Below are positions 1 to 10,209 of a DNA stretch of 32,000 nt, one piece after another; position 1 is the stretch's first letter, and every line of letters begins with the position of its first letter. The notes under the pieces were generated by a model that saw only the letters and a program-made list of their open reading frames with translations, did no database searches and had not been told where the DNA came from. The stretch lies in contig CP091279.1 of assembly GCA_021650915.1 (NCBI GenBank), positions 4,014,274 through 4,046,273 of the forward strand. Reading direction: 5' to 3'. The position numbers were made by a program, and so were the translations under genes. The stretch comes from Candidatus Brocadia sp. (GTDB lineage Bacteria; Planctomycetota; Brocadiia; Brocadiales; Brocadiaceae).

Positions 1-1
1 T

Positions 2-298
2 TCTCTTTTGAAGGAAACCCCCATTCTTTCTAATGTGGCTATGACGGGCGAGATTACCCTGCGTGGCCGTGTGCTGCCGGTAGGCGGCATCAAGGAGAAG
101 GTGCTTGCCGCCAAACGGGCTGGAATCACCACCGTCGTCCTGCCAAAACGAAATGAGAAAGACCTGGTCGAAGTGCCTGAAAATGCCAAGAAAGAGATGA
201 AGTTTGTATTTGTAGAAAAGGTCGATGAGATGTTGCCGGTCGTCTTTGGGACAAAAGAGCCGGCAGTGAAAAAGAAAAGGATTTTTAGCAAGGTTTAG
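2..298 (+). CDS. lon: Lon protease, C-terminal fragment (5' end outside window)
   Basis: The frame is open from the window edge. [43 protein letters not shown] matches the C-terminus of the Lon proteolytic domain, including the PVGGIKEK Lys motif. Stop TAG at 296-298. Confidence 0.85.
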   Translation, partial: SLLKETPILSNVAMTGEITLRGRVLPVGGIKEKVLAAKRAGITTVVLPKRNEKDLVEVPENAKKEMKFVFVEKVDEMLPVVFGTKEPAVKKKRIFSKV

Positions 299-358
299 TA
301 GTTCAGGTCACCAAGGCACAAAGTCAGGAAGTAAAAATGTAATTGAGGGACTTCATAT

Positions 359-586
359 ATGGATATAGCAATTAAAAAACAGGCTAAGAAAGCAATTGAA
401 ACCCTTTCTGATAAAAAGGCCCGCGTTGCCCTGGATTTCATCAATTACCGCAGAGGAAGGGAGGAATGGGAGGCGACTTCTGAACTTCTTTCTGACGAAA
501 AACTTTCGATGGATTACAAAGCGGCGAGAGAAGAAATTAAAGAAGGCAACACGGTAAAATGGAAAAATATCAAGAGAAACGTTTGA
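359..586 (+). CDS. Putative type II antitoxin, partner of the downstream relE/parE-like remnant
   Basis: 75-aa ORF directly upstream of the toxin remnant, overlapping it by 5 nt. The tail EWEATSELLSDEKLSMDYKAAREEIKEGNTVKWKNI resembles the E..LSD...I.eG... tails of Phd/YefM- and RelB-class antitoxins. Assignment rests on context and motif only. Confidence 0.5.
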   Translation: MDIAIKKQAKKAIETLSDKKARVALDFINYRRGREEWEATSELLSDEKLSMDYKAAREEIKEGNTVKWKNIKRNV

Positions 587-1036
587 GATAGAATTTTCCA
601 GAAAGGCCGAGAAATATTACTGTTCTGCAGATGAAAAGACGGTGAGAATTCTCAACAGATGTCTTGAAATTATTGCTAAAGAACCTTTTTATCATGCAAA
701 CATAAAAAACTGCATGGAGAGTTTGAAGGAAGCTATAGATACAGGTCGGGAAGTTTAGAAATTGTATAACACTTTAGTTTTTTGAAAAATTACTATAATA
801 ACGATGTTGCCGCACGGTGTAAGGGCGAAGCATTTGCCATAAATTGGTATAAATGTATTCATACCCCAAGCTGGCAAATGCTTCGCCCCTACTTTTTCAA
901 AAAACTAAAGTGTTACGGAATTGTATATTCTGTGGATGAAGAAGAAAGAATTGTTTATAGTGAAATAATTACGAACAAAAGGTTAAAGAAGTTGGGAATA
1001 AGTGACTGCTTTAAAATAATGATGCGCATAGTATAG
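582..1036 (+). pseudogene. RelE/ParE-family toxin, disrupted (no start codon, 1-nt frameshift, MITE insertion)
   Basis: The conceptual translation FEIEFSRKAEKYYCSADEKTVRILNRCLEIIAKEPFYHAN / KKLHGEFEGSYRYRSGSLEIV / YSVDEEERIVYSEIITNKR follows the RelE/ParE pattern (..IEFS.KAEK....D.K...RI...I..LA..PF....IKKL.G...G.YR.R.G.YRI.Y.ID.E...V.). It needs a frame change at the A6 run 704-709 and removal of 769-927. There is no ATG/GTG/TTG in frame between the stop at 555-557 and the conserved N-terminus. Confidence 0.7.
769..918. mobile_element. 150-bp foldback MITE inserted in the toxin gene
   Basis: Perfect 21-bp terminal inverted repeats: 769-789 ACACTTTAGTTTTTTGAAAAA versus 893-913. Flanking 9-bp direct duplication AATTGTATA at 760-768 and 919-927. 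Inner inverted repeat AGGGCGAAGCATTTGCCA at 822-839 versus 872-890. No coding capacity. Confidence 0.65.
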
Positions 1037-1076
1037 GTCGCTGCAAAGTTCGGATTTTTAACCTTTTGGATTCGGA

Positions 1077-2138
1077 TTGGGAGACACAACATTGCTAAGA
1101 GTAGGAATCATTGGCGCCACGGCCTATACCAGCCTTGAGCTCATAAAAATTCTCCTGCGTCACCCGGAAGTGAAGATTACCTATCTCGGCGTGCGCCGGA
1201 CTGACCGCCCCAGGATATCAGATATATTTCCCACCTTAAAAAACCTGCTCGACTTGAAATGTGAGACCATTGAGCAGAAAGAAGTTCCTGAAAATATTGA
1301 CCTCGCTTTTATTACACTGCCGCCAACGATCTCTATGCAATATGTCCCGCTCTTTATACAAAAGAGCATAAAGGTCATCGATTTTAGCGCCGATTACCGT
1401 TTCCGTGACAAGTCACTGTATGAACGGTGGTATAAGACGCAGCATACAGATAGTAAGGGAATTGAAACGGCCGTATATGGCCTTCCGGAGCTTTTTCGGG
1501 AGAAGATCAAAAAGGCCAGGCTGGTAGGCAATCCGGGTTGTTATACTACGGCAACCATATTGGCCTTAGCCCCCTTACTTATGAAAGGGCTTGTCTTCCC
1601 GGAAGATATCATTGTGGACGCAAAGTCGGGCGTATCAGGACGTGGACGTGAACCCAAGGAAGATACCCACTATTGCGAATGTAATGAGAACATAGAGGCC
1701 TATAGCGTAGGCGGGCATCGCCACAGTCCTGAGATCGAACATATCCTTTCCATGAGGACAAACCAAAAGGTATCTATACAATTTGTCCCTCACCTCATTC
1801 CTATGAATCGCGGCATCCTGTGTACCATCTACGCCAAACCAAAACATGGAATGACTGTAGGGGCGAATGGTCATTCGCCCTTCAGTGACCATGAGGTGCA
1901 TAAACTCTACAAAGAATTTTACGGAAATGGACCCTTTATTCGTCTCAAAGAGGGCCATGAAACACCCAGGACAAAGGACGTAACATACACCAACTTCTGC
2001 GATATTGCCACGAAGGTCACAGAAAACCGCATCGTCATCCTTTCCGCTATCGACAATCTTATCAAAGGCGCATCCGGTCAGGCCGTACAGAACATGAATG
2101 TCATGTGCGGCTTTGACGAGAAAACGGGGCTGTTATAG
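1077..2138 (+). CDS. argC: N-acetyl-gamma-glutamyl-phosphate reductase
   Basis: GIIGATAYTSLELIKILLRHPEV (NAD-binding N-terminus), the catalytic-Cys motif GNPGCYTTA, and DAKSGVSGRGREP. TTG start at 1077; TTG 1092 is an alternative. Confidence 0.9.
   Translation: MGDTTLLRVGIIGATAYTSLELIKILLRHPEVKITYLGVRRTDRPRISDIFPTLKNLLDLKCETIEQKEVPENIDLAFITLPPTISMQYVPLFIQKSIKVIDFSADYRFRDKSLYERWYKTQHTDSKGIETAVYGLPELFREKIKKARLVGNPGCYTTATILALAPLLMKGLVFPEDIIVDAKSGVSGRGREPKEDTHYCECNENIEAYSVGGHRHSPEIEHILSMRTNQKVSIQFVPHLIPMNRGILCTIYAKPKHGMTVGANGHSPFSDHEVHKLYKEFYGNGPFIRLKEGHETPRTKDVTYTNFCDIATKVTENRIVILSAIDNLIKGASGQAVQNMNVMCGFDEKTGLL
1861..1880. repeat. Perfect palindrome GGGCGAATG-GT-CATTCGCCC inside argC
   Basis: 9-bp arms at 1861-1869 and 1872-1880. 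It lies within codons VGANGHSPFS (1857-1886), which look like an insertion relative to ArgC homologs as I recall them. Confidence 0.8.
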
Positions 2139-2291
2139 ACCGGTTGTAGTCAGAAACAGCATACAAAGATTCATTTCTCTGCGTTTTCCGCGCGTTCTGC
2201 AGTGCACTCTTACGAAAAAGAGTGGTTGGAGGTGGTAAGGCAGGGAGCAAAAAGCTTGAAATTCCTGTATATAATTTATGTCAAACTACTT

Positions 2292-4361
2292 TTACACGTG
2301 CCTTCTTAAGGCAGCAATATCGTTCAGGAACCGTTCGTTGGAATATTTTCCTTTTTTTACCACCAGGGAAACACAGTGGTTTAACTTTTCCTTATCCGCC
2401 TGGGTCAAATCCTTTGAAGTAACCACGATGATGGGAATGGTGTTCGTCTCCGGCGAGGTCTTTAATTTGTCCACAACGTCAAATCCGCTTACCTCCGGCA
2501 TCATCAGGTCTGAAAGAATCAGGTCCGGTTTGTGGAGAAAAGCCTTATCGATCCCTTCTTTCCCGCCGAAGGCCTTTAAAACTTCATATCCTTCCGAGCC
2601 AAGAAGCGTACTGAGTAATTCGACTGATTTCGAATCGTCGTCAATAATCAATACCTTCGTGTGCACGTTGTTGACCCTGGGAGACAATCCGTATGAGGCG
2701 AGTTTTGACAAGAGATCGGCTCTGCTGACCGGTTTGCTGAGGTAATCCGTTGCGCCCAGTCCAAAGCCGATATCCCTGTTGTCTACCAGGGAAATTACCA
2801 GGACGGGGATATCTTTCACTTCCGGATCTTCTTTCAGTTCCTTTAATACCTCCCATCCGTCTTTTTTGGGAAGCATGATGTCCAGGGTAATGGCAAATGG
2901 CTTAAACTTCCTTGCCTTGTGCAGGGCGTCTTCACCATCGAAGGCGGTAATGGTCTGATACCCCGATTTCTTTAAAAAGACGCACAGGAGTTCGCTTGTC
3001 TTCGGGTCGTCTTCAACCACCAGAATTACTTCACGGCCTGGCTGGCTTTCGGATAGACGGGCACGTTCTCTTTCTGTTCCGGCGATTTTGTTTACCGGCA
3101 AGGTGAAGAAAAAGACACTGCCGACTCCCACCGTACTCTCAAAGCCTATTTTGCCGCCATGCATCTCAACTAATTTCTTCGTAAGGGCAAGGCCCAGTCC
3201 TGTTCCTTCATATTTGCGCGCGAAAGAGCTGTCGACCTGCGAAAATTCCACAAATATTTTTGGATAATTCTGTGGGGCTATCCCAATACCCGTGTCGGTG
3301 ACTTTGACCTCAATACAATCGTTCTCTCTTTTCACCGAAGCGGTATGGAGCGTAATTTTTCCTTTTTCCGGGGTAAATTTAATGGAGTTGGAAAGCAGAT
3401 TATACAGTATTTGCTTAAACTTGGTCGGGTCAGCAAAAAGACGGGCGGCAGAGTCGTGTACTATGGTTTCAATGGCAAGTGACTTTTTACTGGCAAGCCC
3501 CTTCAGGGTAATCAAGACGGCATCTATTGCCTTGCCGAGCTCAAATTCTTCATATTTTAATTCCAGTTTACCCGACTCCACTTTGGAGAGATCCAGGATA
3601 TCATTGATCATCTGCAACAGATGCTGACCACTGCTATGGATGTCGAGAACAAACTCCGTCTGCTCGTCATTTAAATCACCGCACAGTTTATCCCGAAGCA
3701 CTTCGGCAAAACCAATGATGGCATTTAACGGGGTGCGCAGTTCGTGCGACATGTTGGCAAGAAACTCGCTTTTTGCCTTGTTGGCCGTCTCGATCTTCTT
3801 GTTTTGCATCTCGGTAATCCTGACCTTTTCCTCAAGCGCAGCGTGGTAGCTGTGGATATAGGCATCCATAGCCAGTTGCATATCGAGGTTCATAATCTTG
3901 TCCATGACCAGGATATAGTCCGTCATCTTCTCTGGCTGTTCTTTGTAAGTCTCAATGATAAGAGGAAAAATCAGCCGGTGATACAGGCAGTATGCGCCAA
4001 TATACCAATTAGGGTGCAGATCAATGCGGTCATGTGTTTTTCCCACGTTTAAACGATGTGCAAAGTATTCGTCGTCATACTCCCCCCCGGTGAGCATCAG
4101 GAGATATTCCTTTTGCGTGCGCCTGACCTTCTTGACCGTTTCTTCGTCTGACAAAAAAGCCCTGGTTTTATCAAACCGGAGGAGGTGACTGTAAAACTTG
4201 CTTATGATCGCGTCTGCATGCTGATGGATAAGGCCGTTTAATTCCTTCAGCAAGACGACATCTCTCCCGGTAAAATCTACATAGTCCTTGCGAATCTGAC
4301 GTTCCTTTTCGCTCAGGTTCAAGTCATTTATCGGCACGATATGTTCTTCCATGGCAAACAC
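2292..4361 (-). CDS. Globin-coupled hybrid sensor histidine kinase (globin sensor + HisKA/HATPase + two receiver domains)
   Basis: The N-terminus KFYSHLL...LNVGKTHDRIDLHPNWYIGAY matches the globin-coupled-sensor signature (distal Tyr, proximal His, RIxLxPxWY). Kinase motifs: H-box SHELRTPLNAI, DTGIGI and GTGLGLA. Two receiver (REC) domains: VILVVEDD...ITLDIMLP and VLIIDDD...ILSDLMMP. ATG 4352 is an alternative start. Confidence 0.88.
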   Translation of the reverse strand: MFAMEEHIVPINDLNLSEKERQIRKDYVDFTGRDVVLLKELNGLIHQHADAIISKFYSHLLRFDKTRAFLSDEETVKKVRRTQKEYLLMLTGGEYDDEYFAHRLNVGKTHDRIDLHPNWYIGAYCLYHRLIFPLIIETYKEQPEKMTDYILVMDKIMNLDMQLAMDAYIHSYHAALEEKVRITEMQNKKIETANKAKSEFLANMSHELRTPLNAIIGFAEVLRDKLCGDLNDEQTEFVLDIHSSGQHLLQMINDILDLSKVESGKLELKYEEFELGKAIDAVLITLKGLASKKSLAIETIVHDSAARLFADPTKFKQILYNLLSNSIKFTPEKGKITLHTASVKRENDCIEVKVTDTGIGIAPQNYPKIFVEFSQVDSSFARKYEGTGLGLALTKKLVEMHGGKIGFESTVGVGSVFFFTLPVNKIAGTERERARLSESQPGREVILVVEDDPKTSELLCVFLKKSGYQTITAFDGEDALHKARKFKPFAITLDIMLPKKDGWEVLKELKEDPEVKDIPVLVISLVDNRDIGFGLGATDYLSKPVSRADLLSKLASYGLSPRVNNVHTKVLIIDDDSKSVELLSTLLGSEGYEVLKAFGGKEGIDKAFLHKPDLILSDLMMPEVSGFDVVDKLKTSPETNTIPIIVVTSKDLTQADKEKLNHCVSLVVKKGKYSNERFLNDIAALRRHV

Positions 4362-5974
4362 CTGTTTTTCATGAATTTTCGCTCATTCCTCACATCCTAG
4401 AAATTTTACCAGAAGTCTTTATGAATGATAAGGAAAAACTCGCGGATTCGATCGTGATGCACAAAGAGCAGGAATAATTTAGTTTTTTGATGGAAAGCTG
4501 ATGTAACGGCCTGGCGGGATATATACGCAAATTATACTCAAGATGCTCATAAAATGTGAATTTTAAATTGATAATAAGGTGGCATGGACAAACTCTGTTT
4601 GTCCGTGTTGAACTACTATAAATCACAAATTGTGAGCCTGTGGAGTATAGCAGAGAAATGTTTGTAAAACTCAGACCCAGGGCCATCGTAAAAGCGTCTT
4701 TCAGAAAATCCCTGCGATTGGCAAGGGTATTTTCTTTGAGTGGCATTTTCTCTTATTTCCTTACCTGCCCGTTCCCATATACTACAAATTTATACGTCGT
4801 GAGTTCTTCAAGTCCCATAGGCCCCCGGGCATGGAGTTTGTCCGTACTGATGCCGATCTCCGCACCCATGCCAAATTCGTAGCCATCGGTGAAACGTGTT
4901 GAGGCATTGACGTACACGGCCGCCGAATCGACCTCTTTCGTGAATTTCAGGGCGTTACCGACATGATCGGTGACAATCGCATCAGAATGATTTGATCCAT
5001 ATTTGGTTATGTGACTGATGGCATCGTCTATCGTAGCCACCACTTTTACGTTAAGGATCAGGTCAAGATATTCAGAGTAATAATCGTCCGCCGTGGCATG
5101 TTTTATATTTCCTAAAATGCCGCACGACTTGTTGCAGCCCCGGATTTCTACTCCGGCATCGTGCAGTTTTTTCGCCACACCTGGCAGAAAAACGGATGCA
5201 ATCTTTTCATGCACCAGCATCGTCTCCATGGCGTTACAGGTAGCGGGACGCTGCACCTTTGCGTTAAAACATATCTCCGCAGCCATGGTAAGATTGGCAA
5301 ATTCATCCACGTAGGTATGACACACCCCTTTGTAATGCTTGATGACGGGTATCGTGGATTTTTCCACTACCGCGCGGATAAGCGATTCCCCGCCTCTGGG
5401 AATAACGGCGTCCACATATTGGTCGGCCTTGAGCAAAAAGTCGATGGCTTCACGTTCAACAACCTCCACAAGCTGGATGCACCGCGTGTCCAGTCCCGCC
5501 TTCTCCAGGGCAGAGGCAAGGATCTTGTAAATGGCAATATTTGAATGGATTGACTCCTTTCCTCCACGCAGGATAACGGCATTTCCCGCCTTTAAACACA
5601 AGGATGCCGCGTCAGCAGTGACGTTGGGGCGTGATTCATAAATAATGGCAATGACCCCGATGGGTACCCGCACCTTCTGAATCTGTAACCCGTTTGGCCT
5701 GGTCTGTCCCCATAAGAGTTCACCAACAGGGTCGGCAAGATGGATGATTTGGCGGACGCCTTCAGCCATGCCCTGAATACGGCTGTCGGTGAGGCGGAGA
5801 CGGTCAATTATCGCCTCGGATAGGCCGGCTTTTTTGGCCACGGCAATATCCTTTTCATTTTCTGCCTTAAGGAGATCTTTTGAGGAAAGAATGCCTTCGG
5901 TAAGATAGTGAAGTGCCGTGTTTTTTATGGTGGTATTTGCTGAGGCAATGAATCGTGATGCAGTTTTTGCGTGT

Positions 5975-7908
<1,934 letters not shown>

Positions 7909-8064
7909 TTAAAAAACAGCATAAATATTTTACTCGACAAAACGAGAGCCATGTTTTAATATATGGCTATAACTCTGCTCATAGTTCCTCGTTTCGTGTT
8001 TCGTGTTTCCCAAAAGGAACGCAACAAGTGTTTGCAAACATTCAAAGCTCAAATCAAGGTATCC

Positions 8065-8889
8065 ATGAGTCAAACAGACAGAGATCATAAACCTGCAGAA
8101 CCTGCAATAGCGCCACATCATACAAAATCCATGAATACCTGGAAGCACATGGTTGCGCATGTATGCATATGGTTTTTGGTCATTGCGCTGGTCATGGTTT
8201 ACTTTACCTCAACCGGTTCGCCACAGGCGGGACTCCTGGAGGTTGGGGTGGCAGCGTTCATCTTTATTGCCCTGTTTCATCTCGTAATGAAATTCTTCCC
8301 GCTCATTTCTAAGATTATTACCTCAATAATTGCCATCGGCTTTGGGGTTGCATTAATCTTCGTGAATTATCATTATTTAAAAGTTGTAAAAACTGACGCG
8401 TCGTTTAAGCAACTTTTAGTGGGAGACCTGCTCGTTCATAAGATCGTAAAGACCATCCAGAAAGAGCCCATTACTTCATTAGCGAATAAAGAGAGGCCCC
8501 AAACAGTTCCGGAAAACAAGCCGGAAAATCTATCTCCAGAGGTGTCTTTTGATCAACAAACCACGCCCATCGCCAAGCCAATGTCATCTGATCTGAATTC
8601 AGTAATATTGCAGGTAACGCCTTTAGCGCCTGCCCTCACAACAAAAACATTCTTTACCAGCGAAAAAAATGCAATTCACGCACTGACAAACAACACATCC
8701 GGTGAAATTGCTCACTTACCATTTACCGTAAAAGAATGCGCACCGACAATACGGGACGTTGCAGAAAGATACGACTTGAGCTATGCCATTCTTCCCGTGG
8801 CTCTGCGAGACTTACCAAGCGCAGAACTCAAAGAACCAAAGATGCGACCGCCCCTATCGGAAAAGGTCGTATCAATTCCCGTACAATAA
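8065..8889 (+). CDS. Hypothetical membrane protein (about four TM segments, Pro/Ser/Thr-rich tail)
   Basis: The ORF is open from 7963. ATG 8065 is preferred because AAGG lies upstream and 7963 has no Shine-Dalgarno (SD) sequence. Hydrophobic segments include VCIWFLVIALVMVYF, VGVAAFIFIALFHLVM and IITSIIAIGFGVALIFV. I recognise no family. Confidence 0.45.
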   Translation: MSQTDRDHKPAEPAIAPHHTKSMNTWKHMVAHVCIWFLVIALVMVYFTSTGSPQAGLLEVGVAAFIFIALFHLVMKFFPLISKIITSIIAIGFGVALIFVNYHYLKVVKTDASFKQLLVGDLLVHKIVKTIQKEPITSLANKERPQTVPENKPENLSPEVSFDQQTTPIAKPMSSDLNSVILQVTPLAPALTTKTFFTSEKNAIHALTNNTSGEIAHLPFTVKECAPTIRDVAERYDLSYAILPVALRDLPSAELKEPKMRPPLSEKVVSIPVQ

Positions 8890-8975
8890 TGGTGTGGACC
8901 GGCACATTGTAGAATGATATATTTTGTTTATCTCTGTTTTTGCGCATGTTGATTGTATTCAAGAGGAGCCATGTC

Positions 8976-9701
8976 ATGAGAACGCATATCTATATTGGTA
9001 TTGTACTAATGTTATTTATCCTGGGAAATACCGGTTATACCCAGGATCAGGGTAAAGACGACTCTCTAGATGCTGCAATAAATTCGTTTCTGCAGGCCGT
9101 GGAAAAAAATCCCCATCACGCTGATGCCCATTATAATCTTGGCATCTTATACAGCGAAAAAGGAATGAGAGAAGAAGCTGTTGCCGAATACAAAAAAACA
9201 TTAGAGCTCGAACCCAATTATGTAAAAGCGCACAACAATCTCGGCGTAATTTACTATGAAACAGACCGGTTCGATGAGGCTATCGAATGCTTTAAGAAGG
9301 CTCTCGCCGCCTCTCCGGAGTATCTTGAGGCACAATATAATTTAGGAATCGCGTATTACGGAAAGAAGCAATATGCCGATGCCGTGGCGGCATTTAAAAA
9401 GGCTGTAGAGATTAACCCGAAATTTGAAAAGGGATATTATAATTTGGGCGTCACGTATGCCACCATGGACTCCCCGGATGACTCGCTTGCCGCCTTTAAA
9501 AAGACCGTATCAATCAACCCGCAATTTTCAGATGCCTACTATAATATGGGGGTCATTTATACAAAGAAGAACCAGCTTGATGAGGCTATTAAATCCTTAC
9601 AAAAAGCCCTGGAACTCAACCCAAACGACGACAAGTCTCATTTCGCCTTAGGGGTAATCTATCAGGTAAAGCGGAAGACAAAACTGTCCGGCGGAAGGTA
9701 A
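8976..9701 (+). CDS. Secreted TPR-repeat protein
   Basis: Signal-like N-terminus MRTHIYIGIVLMLFILGNTGYTQ, then about six TPR units (A..YNLG..Y...G....A...YKKALE..P.). AGAGGAG lies 8 nt upstream of ATG 8976; the ORF track start of 8940 is less likely. Confidence 0.75.
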   Translation: MRTHIYIGIVLMLFILGNTGYTQDQGKDDSLDAAINSFLQAVEKNPHHADAHYNLGILYSEKGMREEAVAEYKKTLELEPNYVKAHNNLGVIYYETDRFDEAIECFKKALAASPEYLEAQYNLGIAYYGKKQYADAVAAFKKAVEINPKFEKGYYNLGVTYATMDSPDDSLAAFKKTVSINPQFSDAYYNMGVIYTKKNQLDEAIKSLQKALELNPNDDKSHFALGVIYQVKRKTKLSGGR

Positions 9702-9761
9702 AACGACACAAGCACGGCTCATTCTTCCTTCTCAACAAGGCTGATCAATAGGAAAGGTTTC

Positions 9762-9781
9762 CCTTTGCCTTCTGGCAAAGG
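9762..9781 (+). terminator. Weak hairpin downstream of the TPR gene
   Basis: CCTTTGCC-TTCT-GGCAAAGG (8-bp stem, tetraloop), followed by TCTTGTAT. The T-tract is poor. Confidence 0.3.
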
Positions 9782-10209
9782 TCTTGTATGTGATAATAAC
9801 AGCATACCACCATTCCTTTAAATAACTCCCCCAAGAAAGCAATTTTCTTCTTTGTCTCTCCTTCAACTTAAGGATATAATATCCCCATAATCAGTAGTAT
9901 AACATTACGGTGCAAAATCTTTTTTTCTCAGATTTTACCCTCCTTGGCTTTGTTATAAGCGCTCAGCGGAACGACAGGAAGGTGTAATTGCGGTCGTGCT
10001 GTGCTATAACCCCTAAGGTATTTTTGACATTTTTAGCAAAATATTATGGATGAAATTGACTCAGTCAGGGTTTAGAACCCCGACTGAGTTGACTCATGAA
10101 TTCCATGCTTTGGATTTTGTTTTTCGCACTCGTACGGCTTCAGCATTATGTCTCTCGTTGTGGTTATAACCACGCTGATTTGAGAGATGGCTAGATATGG
10201 AGATTTTGC

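Noticed and set aside
782-1036. 84-aa ORF in the track
   Set aside because: It is a chimera. Its N-terminal half is MITE sequence (palindrome-derived WQMLRPYFF text) and its C-terminal half is the displaced RelE/ParE C-terminus.
4390-4746. Full 118-aa ORF after proA
   Set aside because: Only the first ~40 codons look protein-like (Tat-like signal). The remainder is AT-rich junk crossing a hairpin. It is kept only as a remnant finding.
10004-10016. 13-nt match CTATAACCCCTAA with 23441-23453
   Set aside because: Several 13-mer coincidences are expected by chance in 32 kb, and there is no extended similarity around either copy.
10024-10050. TTGACA at 10024-10029 as the treS promoter -35 box
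   Set aside because: No acceptable -10 hexamer lies at 16-18 nt spacing; TATTAT is only 12 nt away.
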